A stretch of DNA of 39,066 bases from Candidatus Dormiibacterota bacterium (GTDB lineage: Bacteria; Chloroflexota; Dormibacteria; Aeolococcales; Aeolococcaceae): positions 1-39,066 of the forward strand of contig PKWB01000124.1 in assembly GCA_003131685.1 (NCBI GenBank), given 5' to 3'. Of the stretch, positions 7,212 through 14,376 are shown piece by piece (positions within the stretch are counted from its first letter, which is position 1; every line of letters starts with the position of its first letter). A program made the position numbers and the translations under genes. The notes beneath the pieces were generated by a model that was not told the origin of the DNA, searched no databases, and worked only from the letters and a program-made list of their open reading frames with translations.

Positions 7212-8936
7212 TCAGCCTGCCGGCGCCTCCGGGGTGGACTGACCAAAGGTCACGGTCGCCGTCGGGTGTGTCCGCGCGAGGCGCACCTGCGCACCGCCGA
7301 GCGCCCTGGGTGAGAGGTTCGACACGGTGAGAGAGTCAACGAAGTCGTTCCCATTGATGCGAAGGATCGTGCACGGTGATGCGGTTGTGACGGTCGCGGT
7401 CCGAGGGCGTCGCTCCAGCAGGCCGATCTCACCGAAGTAGTCGGGCGGGACGAGTTCGCCCAAGGCACGCTCGACGCCGCCCTCTCCCGCTGCCGAGACG
7501 TCCACTCTGCCTTCGGTCAACACGAAGAAGTCGTCGGCGGCGGCGCCCTCGCGGATGAGGACCATGCCCGCGTCGACCGCCTCCTCCACCGCCGACCGCG
7601 CGAGCCGCTCCAGCGCGGCGCGCGTGGCTCCGGTAAAGATATCGAGCGCCTGCAGCGTCGCGATCCGCGGTTCGATCGCCGAGACGTCCCCGAGCGCACG
7701 GGCATCAAGAGCGCGGAGCCAGGGGTATGCGACAGCGCTGAGCGCCGGAATCGCGAAGCCCATGATCAACAATGTTGTCCTCAATCCGACGACGCCGAGC
7801 AGGATCGGCATGAGCAATGCCCCGAGCGAGATCGCCGCAAGGACAAACGCGAAGAAGACTCCGAACACTCGGGCGACGACGTCAGGCCTCACGAGACGCT
7901 GCAACGCAGTGATCGCGAGCACGTCGACGACGATCGTTCCGGCACCGCGAACGACCTCGAGGAGAAACGCGATCCAGGGCGAATGCACAGTGGTCAGGAG
8001 CGCTGTGGGGAGACAGAACACCGCCATGCCGATGACGATGATTGCGCCGAGACGCCGTGCTGCCGCAATCCGGTTCATGAAGCCCGCCATCACGATCCCA
8101 CCCACCCCAAGCGCAGCGAGCAGGTAACCGTAGCCGGCGCTGCCGGTGCCGAGCTGATCCCTGCTGATGACCACGAACAGAACGGTGTCGGTGCCGTACA
8201 CGAAACTGGCGATGATGCTGAACCCAGCCAGCAGCATCACTGTCGGTGACTCGAAGAATGCGGCAAACCCGCCGGCCATCTGCTTGATTGGGCCGGCTGC
8301 TCCGCCCTGAGTGATGTCGGCCGGGCGGCTCCTTGCCCGCACCCGGCTGACGAGCAATGCCGACAGACCGAATGTGGCGGCGTTGATCGCGAACACCGCC
8401 GCCGGCGGACTGAAGATCAGCAGCGCACCCGCGATCGCGGGTCCGACAATCACTGAAAGGTTCTCCACCGCCGACTGGGCGCTGTTCGCGGCGGCGAGGT
8501 GCTCCTCGCCGACGATCGCCGGGGTCGCCGCACGCGCAGCCGGGTCATAGGAAGAACCGGTGACCGAGGTCAACGCAGCCAGGATGATGGCGAGCACAAC
8601 AGCGCCGTTGAAGGCTGCGACCACCGCGAGCGCTACCTGCAGGATCAGTGCGACGGTGTCGAGTGTGACCATCAGCCGGACACGTTCCATGCGGTCGGCG
8701 ATGAGTCCCCCGAAGGGACTCGCCACCAGCGCGCAGAGAAACCGCGTCATCGACGCGGCAGCGACCCAGCCCGGCGAATGCGTCGCGTTGAACACGAACA
8801 CGACCAGCGCGACGTTGTACGCCCATGACCCGCTCATCGAGATCGCCAGCCCGCTGAAGAGCAGCCGGTAGTCTCGGTTCTGGAACAGCGCGCGGTAGCC
8901 GACCTTGGCCTTACCGGCCTCGTCGGGTGCGCCCAT
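7212..8936 (-). CDS. MFS transporter fused to a C-terminal cyclic nucleotide-binding domain
   Basis: ORF 7212..8936(-), 574 aa. About 12 hydrophobic segments follow LFQNRDYRLLFSGLAISMSG (MFS N-terminal style). The C-terminal ~140 aa read ALDIFTGATRAALERL...GMVLIREGAAADDFFVLTEG...YFGEIGLLERRPRTATVTTASPCTILRI, a cNMP-binding domain. Confidence 0.85.
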   Translation of the reverse strand: MGAPDEAGKAKVGYRALFQNRDYRLLFSGLAISMSGSWAYNVALVVFVFNATHSPGWVAAASMTRFLCALVASPFGGLIADRMERVRLMVTLDTVALILQVALAVVAAFNGAVVLAIILAALTSVTGSSYDPAARAATPAIVGEEHLAAANSAQSAVENLSVIVGPAIAGALLIFSPPAAVFAINAATFGLSALLVSRVRARSRPADITQGGAAGPIKQMAGGFAAFFESPTVMLLAGFSIIASFVYGTDTVLFVVISRDQLGTGSAGYGYLLAALGVGGIVMAGFMNRIAAARRLGAIIVIGMAVFCLPTALLTTVHSPWIAFLLEVVRGAGTIVVDVLAITALQRLVRPDVVARVFGVFFAFVLAAISLGALLMPILLGVVGLRTTLLIMGFAIPALSAVAYPWLRALDARALGDVSAIEPRIATLQALDIFTGATRAALERLARSAVEEAVDAGMVLIREGAAADDFFVLTEGRVDVSAAGEGGVERALGELVPPDYFGEIGLLERRPRTATVTTASPCTILRINGNDFVDSLTVSNLSPRALGGAQVRLARTHPTATVTFGQSTPEAPAG

Positions 8937-8938
8937 CG

Positions 8939-9040
8939 TCAGGCGGGCTGTGCCTGCCGGTCGACGGCGGTCGCGCCGGCGTCGACTGTGAGCCCATCCA
9001 CCGCGGCGCGGTTATCGGTGCCGCAGGCGGTGCATGTCAT
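8939..9040 (-). CDS. Candidate 33-aa upstream micro-ORF (CxxC peptide) abutting the MFS-cNMP start
   Basis: ATG 9038-9040 to TGA 8939-8941 encodes MTCTACGTDNRAAVDGLTVDAGATAVDRQAQPA. About 27 of 32 third positions are G/C. The stop lies 2 nt before the MFS ATG (8934-8936), which has no SD of its own. The micro-ORF also has no SD. Confidence 0.3.
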   Translation of the reverse strand: MTCTACGTDNRAAVDGLTVDAGATAVDRQAQPA

Positions 9041-9114
9041 CGAGGCAAGGTTACTCGCCGCCGAATGCGGTTGAGGCAGCGTGGCTTTGCAGTCCGAGCG
9101 AGGTCGCGCCGGCG

Positions 9115-10143
9115 TCAGTCGACGGTGAGTGCCGCCGTGCGTTCGAGGGCGGCCACGGCCGCCGGGCGGGTGCGGCGCCCGAGACCGCACGATGTCGACA
9201 CCGCGACCTCACGACCGACATTGCCCTCAATCAGGCCGCGCAGCTGTCGCTGCACCTCGAGGTCCTGGTCCTCGTGAACGAAACCCGCCGCAAACCGGGT
9301 GGATGCCGGGAGCTTGAGCTTGGTCAGCGGCGCGTACCACTCCGGGTCGGTCCGCGGCTCGATCTCCGCTGCGGCGAAGGGCGCGTGGACGAATTCCAAA
9401 GACCTGCCGGCCGGCCAGGCCTTGATGATCGCGTTGGCGAGGAGCACCACCGGCGTCGTGTCGGGCATTGTGGCCAGGGCTCGGTGGTTCATGTCACCGA
9501 GGCAGAGGTGGATGCCGAAGCGCGCTCCACTCGGCGACAGGCGCACCAGGCGTGCGATCCCGCGAGCGAGGAATTTCGCCATCGCCGGGCGCAACGGCGC
9601 CGGCATGCGTGCCACGAATGCGAGCTCTGCAGGGATCTCGATCTGAAACACCACATCGTTCCCGCCGCGACGATAGATCTCGCGGATCTCGCGCAGGGTC
9701 GCCTGGCGGAAGGCCGCGCGGTTGCGGAACGGGCCGGCGGGTCCGAGCGTGAAGAGGGCCATGTCGAAGTCGCCGGGGATACCGACCTGGAACGCCAGCG
9801 CCGCGTTGTGCTGTTCGTCACGCAACCGCGTGAAGGCCGGCCAGCTGTCCTCGAAGTTTGCGACGTGCCCGAAGTCGAGCGAGTCCCCACGCAGGGTGTG
9901 CCCTCGACGCACTCGAAACACCGGGATGTCGTCGTAGTCCGACCAGTCGCCATCCTTCTTCAACTTCAGGTCGGGATGGCTTCGCAGTCCCTCGATGATG
10001 TGGATGATCCAGTTGTGCCTCTCGCCGGTCTCGCCGTCCGGAAGCGACTGCAGCGCCGGCCCGAGATTCGAGACAGCGAGGCGCATCGCATCGTCGGCGC
10101 TATCGCCAGGGAGACTTCCCACGAGGTGCGCTGCTCTGCTCAC
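9115..10143 (-). CDS. MetE-C-terminal-domain-like (cobalamin-independent methionine synthase/UROD superfamily) putative Zn-dependent enzyme
   Basis: ORF 9115..10143(-), 342 aa. GTG start with GAGGAGG SD. Motifs IHLCLGD (His-x-Cys) and VSTSCGLG resemble the Zn-ligand motifs of MetE-type enzymes. Exact function not recognised. Confidence 0.6.
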   Translation of the reverse strand: MSRAAHLVGSLPGDSADDAMRLAVSNLGPALQSLPDGETGERHNWIIHIIEGLRSHPDLKLKKDGDWSDYDDIPVFRVRRGHTLRGDSLDFGHVANFEDSWPAFTRLRDEQHNAALAFQVGIPGDFDMALFTLGPAGPFRNRAAFRQATLREIREIYRRGGNDVVFQIEIPAELAFVARMPAPLRPAMAKFLARGIARLVRLSPSGARFGIHLCLGDMNHRALATMPDTTPVVLLANAIIKAWPAGRSLEFVHAPFAAAEIEPRTDPEWYAPLTKLKLPASTRFAAGFVHEDQDLEVQRQLRGLIEGNVGREVAVSTSCGLGRRTRPAAVAALERTAALTVD

Positions 10144-10158
10144 GGTCGCCTCCTCAAC

Positions 10159-11052
10159 TCAAGCTCGAGTCAGCATCGGCGAGCCCACGCCGGTGAGCTC
10201 GGCACTGCGCGCCCAGAGGCGCTTCGCCAGGTCGGGGTCCTGCGACGACTTCGAAGGCGCCGTCACCACCGGAGAACCGCGCATCTGGCCGAGACCGTCG
10301 GGTCCGATGTACGTGTTTCCCGGTATGTCCTGCGTGGCCGCATAGAGCGTGGGGAGCGCGCCGTGCTCGGGATCCTGCGCAATGACGCGAATGCCGATCT
10401 GCGCCATCGTGCCCCGGAAGCCACTGAGATGCGAGCCGAGATTTGTGCTGGCGACCCCCGGGTGCGCGGCGACGGCGCGAACGTTGCTGCCAGCTGCGTC
10501 GAGCTGTCGCTGCAGCTCCAACGTGAAGAGCAGATTGGCCTGTTTCGAGTCGGCATATGCACGACTTGGGTCGTATTTCCGGCGCTCCCAGTTGAGATCG
10601 TCGACGTCGACGTGACCCCCGCGGTGGAGCCCTGACGACAGGGTCACCACGCGATCGGTGATGTGCGGCAACAGCAGGTTGGTGAGCGCGAAGTGACCGA
10701 GGTGATTGGTGCCGATCTGGAGCTCGAAGCCGTCGACAGTCTTTCCGTACGGCACCATCATGATGCCGGCGTTGTTGATGAGCACGTCGAGCGGACCGGT
10801 CCATGCGGCGGCGAATGCGCGAATCGACGCGAGGTCGGTCAGCTCCAGCTGCCGGACCTCCGTCAGGCCGCCGGCGCGGCGCGCGACCTCCTCGCCCTTG
10901 GCGACGTTGCGCACCGCGAGCACGACGCGGGCGCCGGCCTTCACGAGCTCATTGGTGGTCGGCACACCGAGACCGCTCGAGGCCCCGGTCACGACCACGG
11001 TTCTGCCCTGCATGCCCGGCATGTCAGCGGCGGTCCACTTCTTCGATGCCAT
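10159..11052 (-). CDS. SDR family oxidoreductase (short-chain dehydrogenase/reductase)
   Basis: ORF 10159..11052(-), 297 aa. Motifs TGASSGLG, NNAG and YADSKQANLLF (YxxxK). Confidence 0.85.
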   Translation of the reverse strand: MASKKWTAADMPGMQGRTVVVTGASSGLGVPTTNELVKAGARVVLAVRNVAKGEEVARRAGGLTEVRQLELTDLASIRAFAAAWTGPLDVLINNAGIMMVPYGKTVDGFELQIGTNHLGHFALTNLLLPHITDRVVTLSSGLHRGGHVDVDDLNWERRKYDPSRAYADSKQANLLFTLELQRQLDAAGSNVRAVAAHPGVASTNLGSHLSGFRGTMAQIGIRVIAQDPEHGALPTLYAATQDIPGNTYIGPDGLGQMRGSPVVTAPSKSSQDPDLAKRLWARSAELTGVGSPMLTRA

Positions 11053-11097
11053 CCGACCACTCTGCGCCCCGGTGACTGTCGCGTGCGGTCCAGACCG

Positions 11098-12015
11098 CTA
11101 CGCCCGCAGTCCCGCGATGAACCACTCGTATGCCGGAACGTGGCTCGGCTGCTCCGGCCAGCCGTTGATGAGCCCGATCAGCTGCCAGTAGCGCTCGACG
11201 CGGTGGTCGCTGAAGGTCGCGAGCTGATCGGCGAGCTCATCACGGTACGCGGCCTCATCCTCACGTCCCGAGGCCGCGCTGAACCGGCTCACCAGTTCAC
11301 TGACGATCGCAGCACCTTCGGCTGAGTCCGGGGCGACCCCGCGTGACACGGCCTGTCCGGCCTCCTCGCTCACCATCCGGCCCGCCTCCTGCGCACCCTC
11401 GTCAGGCTTCCCCGCCCGCGTCGCGCGCACGCGCGCTCCCTCGGCCACCATCGAGCGAACCCGCTCGCGGAAGCTCGGGTCACTCACCAGCCCGGCAAGC
11501 TCGATCCAGGCATCGACCTGGGCATCGCTCGGCTCGGACGGGAGCATCGGCAACCCAGCGCGCATGCGCTCGGCGAACGGGTCGTCCTCGCGATCGGCGA
11601 AGACCGCAGCCAGGAACTCCTCCATGATGCGGTCGACCTCATCGGCCGACGCGCGGGCGAACGCGCTCATTCGGCGTACCTCCTCGGGTCGAGAGCCGTT
11701 CCTGGCGAGGGCCCGGAGCACTGCTCGACGCAACGTGAGCTGGCGGATATGCAGGTCGATGGCGTCGGCGTGCGCGCCCGCCACCTGGTCGAGTGTCACG
11801 TGCCGGTCGGCGACCCGCCGGACGGCGGCCAGGTCGATGCCCAGGTCCCTGAGCGTCCGCACCAGTTCCAGGCGTGCCAGCCCGGCATCGTCGTATCGAC
11901 GGTAGCCGGCATCGGTGCGGCGGGCTTCGGGAACGAGCCCGATGTCCGAGTAGTAGCGAATCGTCTTGACGGGCAGGCCCGTGAGGTGGGCGAGCTCACC
12001 GATCGAGAGTTCCAT
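11098..12015 (-). CDS. MerR family transcriptional regulator with long C-terminal effector domain
   Basis: ORF 11098..12015(-), 305 aa. N-terminal HTH is LSIGELAHLTGLPVKTIRYYSDIGLVPEARRTDAGYRRYD. Confidence 0.85.
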   Translation of the reverse strand: MELSIGELAHLTGLPVKTIRYYSDIGLVPEARRTDAGYRRYDDAGLARLELVRTLRDLGIDLAAVRRVADRHVTLDQVAGAHADAIDLHIRQLTLRRAVLRALARNGSRPEEVRRMSAFARASADEVDRIMEEFLAAVFADREDDPFAERMRAGLPMLPSEPSDAQVDAWIELAGLVSDPSFRERVRSMVAEGARVRATRAGKPDEGAQEAGRMVSEEAGQAVSRGVAPDSAEGAAIVSELVSRFSAASGREDEAAYRDELADQLATFSDHRVERYWQLIGLINGWPEQPSHVPAYEWFIAGLRA

Positions 12016-12030
12016 GACCCCAGCTTGAAG

Positions 12031-12047
12031 TCTCCAGTTACTGGAGA
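12031..12047. promoter_or_regulatory. MerR-type operator candidate: perfect 17-bp palindrome TCTCCAGT-T-ACTGGAGA
   Basis: Arms at 12031-12038 and 12040-12047, 16 nt upstream of the merR-like ATG (12013-12015). Flanked by TTGAAG (12025-12030) on the plus strand and TTGACT on the minus strand, as in MerR-family promoters where the dyad sits between the -35 and -10 elements. Confidence 0.55.
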
Positions 12048-12379
12048 GTCAAGGGTAGATCAGCAAAGGGCGCTCAGAAATGCTGCGAGTCCGGAATGTC
12101 TGTGCGGTTGCGGACCGACACGGTCGGTACCCTCCTTCAAGCTCGACTTCTCGGAGACGGCGGAGTGCGCTCCCAACCCCACTCGTACTGCGTCGTACCT
12201 GCCTCCGGGAACAACGGAGCCGCATGTGAGCTCCACGATCTGGCGGGTATGGCCGCCGCTGGGGCGTCTCTCCCCTCCTGCCCCGGGCGGCCATGCCTCG
12301 ATCGTGACCGGTGTCAACGCGGGATAATTCCGCGACCGGCCGATCGCGTCGCCGCCGGCTTCGAGCGAGGAGAGCGCAG

Positions 12380-12580
12380 ATGGCAAAGATCGACGAGTTG
12401 ACCGACGAAAAGGCAGCGGAATTCGGCCACGCATTCGTCCGCTGGGTGACCGACGAGGACCCGGCGGCGGTCGCGCATTTCTTCCCGGACCTCGATCCTC
12501 ATGAGATCAAGGACCACGAGGCATCCGAGATCGGCCGTGCCGTCCTGGAAGACCTGCTCGCCGAGCGATACACCCACTGA
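12380..12580 (+). CDS. Small hypothetical acidic protein (66 aa)
   Basis: Inner ATG 12380 of ORF 12311..12580(+), with GAGGAG 7 nt upstream. Product starts MAKIDELTDEKAAEFGHAFVRWVTDEDPAAVAHFFPDLDPHEIKDHE... No family recognised. Confidence 0.55.
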   Translation: MAKIDELTDEKAAEFGHAFVRWVTDEDPAAVAHFFPDLDPHEIKDHEASEIGRAVLEDLLAERYTH

Positions 12581-12587
12581 GTCCGGG

Positions 12588-13529
12588 TTAGATCGCTCCC
12601 GGCGTAGGGGTGGGCGCGGATGCCGGCAATCCGCCGCCGCCGTACCCGCCGCCTGCGGGGACCGCTGTCGTCAATGTCGACCAGGCGACGGCGCCGGCCG
12701 GGGCGCTCACCGACGGGGCGGTGCCCCAGCCGCTGAACGTGGTGGTGAAGGTCAGGGTGGTGCCACCGGCGGAGATCGTCGACGCGTAGCTGATCGGCAG
12801 GTCGGAACTGGAGGCGATGACGAGTGACCCTGATCCGGCCGGCACGTTGGTCGTCGCCGGGACGGCGCCGGAGATTCTCGTCGCCGATACCCCTCCCGCC
12901 GTGACCGTCGACAACGATTCGGGCGTCAGCGTCAGCTCGCTCGCCTGGCTCGCAGTCGTGATGCCCGGCTGGAGAACGTGGTACGGGCCGTCGCCGCCCT
13001 TGACCGAGACCCACTTCCCGACAACGGCGGCTGCGGTGGCCGGGGTCACCCCGAGCTGATCCTCGACCGCCGGCGTGTTTCCCTGAAAGTACACGGTGCC
13101 GCCGACCAGGAGGAGCGTGAACTGCTCGGTGCCGAAGTTCGAGACGAAGGTGATTGCCTGGCGGCCGTTTGCCTGCCCGGCGTCACCGACGATGGTCTGA
13201 GCATCACCACCCGTCGAGACCGCGACGTAGTGAAATCCCGCCGAAGCCCCGGTGGCGGTCAGGGACTGCTGGTAGGTCGCTCGCGCCTGGGCGGCGCCAG
13301 AACTCGTCCCGGGTGCTGCGGTCGGCGTGTTGGAGGTCGGCTGCGACTGAACGTGGCGCAGCAGGAGGACGCCGCCGACGCCGATGCCCGCGGCCACGAT
13401 GCCGGTGCCGACGAACAGGGCAATGGCCGCGAGCGTCCGCGAGGTCCGTTTCGGCGGCGTTGTTGAAGGAGCAGGCGGCCATGCCGGTGGCTGCGGGGGA
13501 AACGCCCAGCGGTCGTCGTTCATCCGCAC
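12588..13529 (-). CDS. Hypothetical single-pass membrane protein with Pro-rich cytoplasmic head and Thr/Ser/Gly-rich external domain
   Basis: ORF 12588..13529(-), 313 aa. PPQPPAWPPAPSTTPP is followed by TM helix LAAIALFVGTGIVAAGIGVGGVLLL, then an extracellular domain. GTG 13529 or ATG 13523 are possible starts. Confidence 0.6.
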   Translation of the reverse strand: MRMNDDRWAFPPQPPAWPPAPSTTPPKRTSRTLAAIALFVGTGIVAAGIGVGGVLLLRHVQSQPTSNTPTAAPGTSSGAAQARATYQQSLTATGASAGFHYVAVSTGGDAQTIVGDAGQANGRQAITFVSNFGTEQFTLLLVGGTVYFQGNTPAVEDQLGVTPATAAAVVGKWVSVKGGDGPYHVLQPGITTASQASELTLTPESLSTVTAGGVSATRISGAVPATTNVPAGSGSLVIASSSDLPISYASTISAGGTTLTFTTTFSGWGTAPSVSAPAGAVAWSTLTTAVPAGGGYGGGGLPASAPTPTPGAI

Positions 13530-13577
13530 ATCATGGTGATCGGTCGGTCCTTTCTATTCGGTTGCATCAGCATGGCT

Positions 13578-13606
13578 GTGCTCGATACTAATCGACGATC
13601 GAGCAC
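13578..13606. promoter_or_regulatory. Perfect 9-bp inverted repeat GTGCTCGAT-N11-ATCGAGCAC in a divergent intergenic region
   Basis: Arms at 13578-13586 and 13598-13606, with a nested TCGAT/ATCGA pair (13582-13586, 13591-13595). It lies 22 nt upstream of ATG 13628, whose SD is AAGGAGAG. Confidence 0.35.
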
Positions 13607-13627
13607 GCCGCACCCAAGGAGAGAGCG

Positions 13628-14023
13628 ATGAGCGATGCATCCATGGAGACGGTCTTCGACCACTTCCATGCCCGGCGCAGGCACGACCTGGATGCGATCG
13701 CCACCGGTCTCGACCCTGACGTCATCCATCAGGGGGTGATGCCCGAGCTGGTCTGCACCGGGCGCGGCGCGGTGCTGGATCGGATGCGCGCCTCGCTCGG
13801 CAACGGCGATTCCGGTATCGAGCGGCTCGAGCTGCATGCGGCCGGTGACAGCGTGGTCGTCGGCATTGCGGGGCCTCGCTTTCGAGAGATCCCGTTTCTC
13901 AACGGTGAGATCTTCATGGTCTTCACCGTCCGCGACGGTCGGATCCTGCGCATCGACGACTACGGCACCCGAGAGGAAGCGTTCCGGGCCGCCGGCGCCC
14001 CGTCAGCCGGCGCTGGAGCCTGA
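13628..14023 (+). CDS. NTF2-like/SnoaL-like small protein
   Basis: ORF 13628..14023(+), 131 aa. The size and the pattern ETVFDHFHARRRHDLDAIATGLDPDVIH...FMVFTVRDGRILRIDDY are typical of the SnoaL/NTF2 fold. The call is tentative. Confidence 0.6.
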   Translation: MSDASMETVFDHFHARRRHDLDAIATGLDPDVIHQGVMPELVCTGRGAVLDRMRASLGNGDSGIERLELHAAGDSVVVGIAGPRFREIPFLNGEIFMVFTVRDGRILRIDDYGTREEAFRAAGAPSAGAGA

Positions 14024-14281
14024 CGGTCCCCCCGGGGCCGGCGTGGGAGCGGGTTCAGCTTCAGTGGCCGCAGCCTGTTGGGCCGGGGTTGTCGGGGTCA
14101 CCGGTTCCTCGGCGGTCGCCGCACGCATCGCGTCGCGGGTTTCGGCCGAAGCTTTCCGGAACTCGCGAATGCCTCGTCCCAACGCCGCGCCGACATCAGG
14201 AAGTTTGCCCGGTCCCCAGATGATCAGGATCACCACCAGAACGATGATCAGCTCGGGAAGATGGCCACCAAGGAAGTCCAT
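14003..14281 (-). CDS. tatA: Twin-arginine translocase TatA/TatE family subunit
   Basis: ORF 14003..14281(-), 92 aa. Reads MDFLGGHLPELIIVLVVILIIWGPGKLPDVGAALGRGIREFRKA (TM helix, Gly hinge, amphipathic helix), then an Ala/Pro/Thr tail. Confidence 0.85.
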   Translation of the reverse strand: MDFLGGHLPELIIVLVVILIIWGPGKLPDVGAALGRGIREFRKASAETRDAMRAATAEEPVTPTTPAQQAAATEAEPAPTPAPGGPSGSSAG

Positions 14282-14376
14282 GCCAGCATCAAGTCTAGCG
14301 CGCTGCCACGACGCGAATGGAACGTATGGAGTGACGGGCGCACGATTGGGTCACGTGCAATCGACAAACGTGTCGA

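Noticed and set aside
4285-8936. Pycsar/CBASS-like anti-phage signalling module (cNMP-binding effector with TM domain, protease)
   Set aside because: There is no cyclase, CD-NTase, SAVED or other signal generator in the window. The TM protein is a full MFS permease rather than a pore-forming effector. The flanking genes are ordinary regulators.
9034-10635. 533-aa plus-strand ORF spanning the MetE-like and SDR loci
   Set aside because: It is exactly antisense to two minus-strand genes with recognisable family motifs. Its product is Arg/His/Glu/Val-rich with no motifs. This is a typical shadow ORF of a high-GC genome.
12088-12094. AGUCCGG word reminiscent of the RNase P RNA conserved core, within the long non-coding stretch
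   Set aside because: The surrounding sequence does not match the GAGGAAAGUCCGGGC core, and I could not trace the rest of an RNase P fold.
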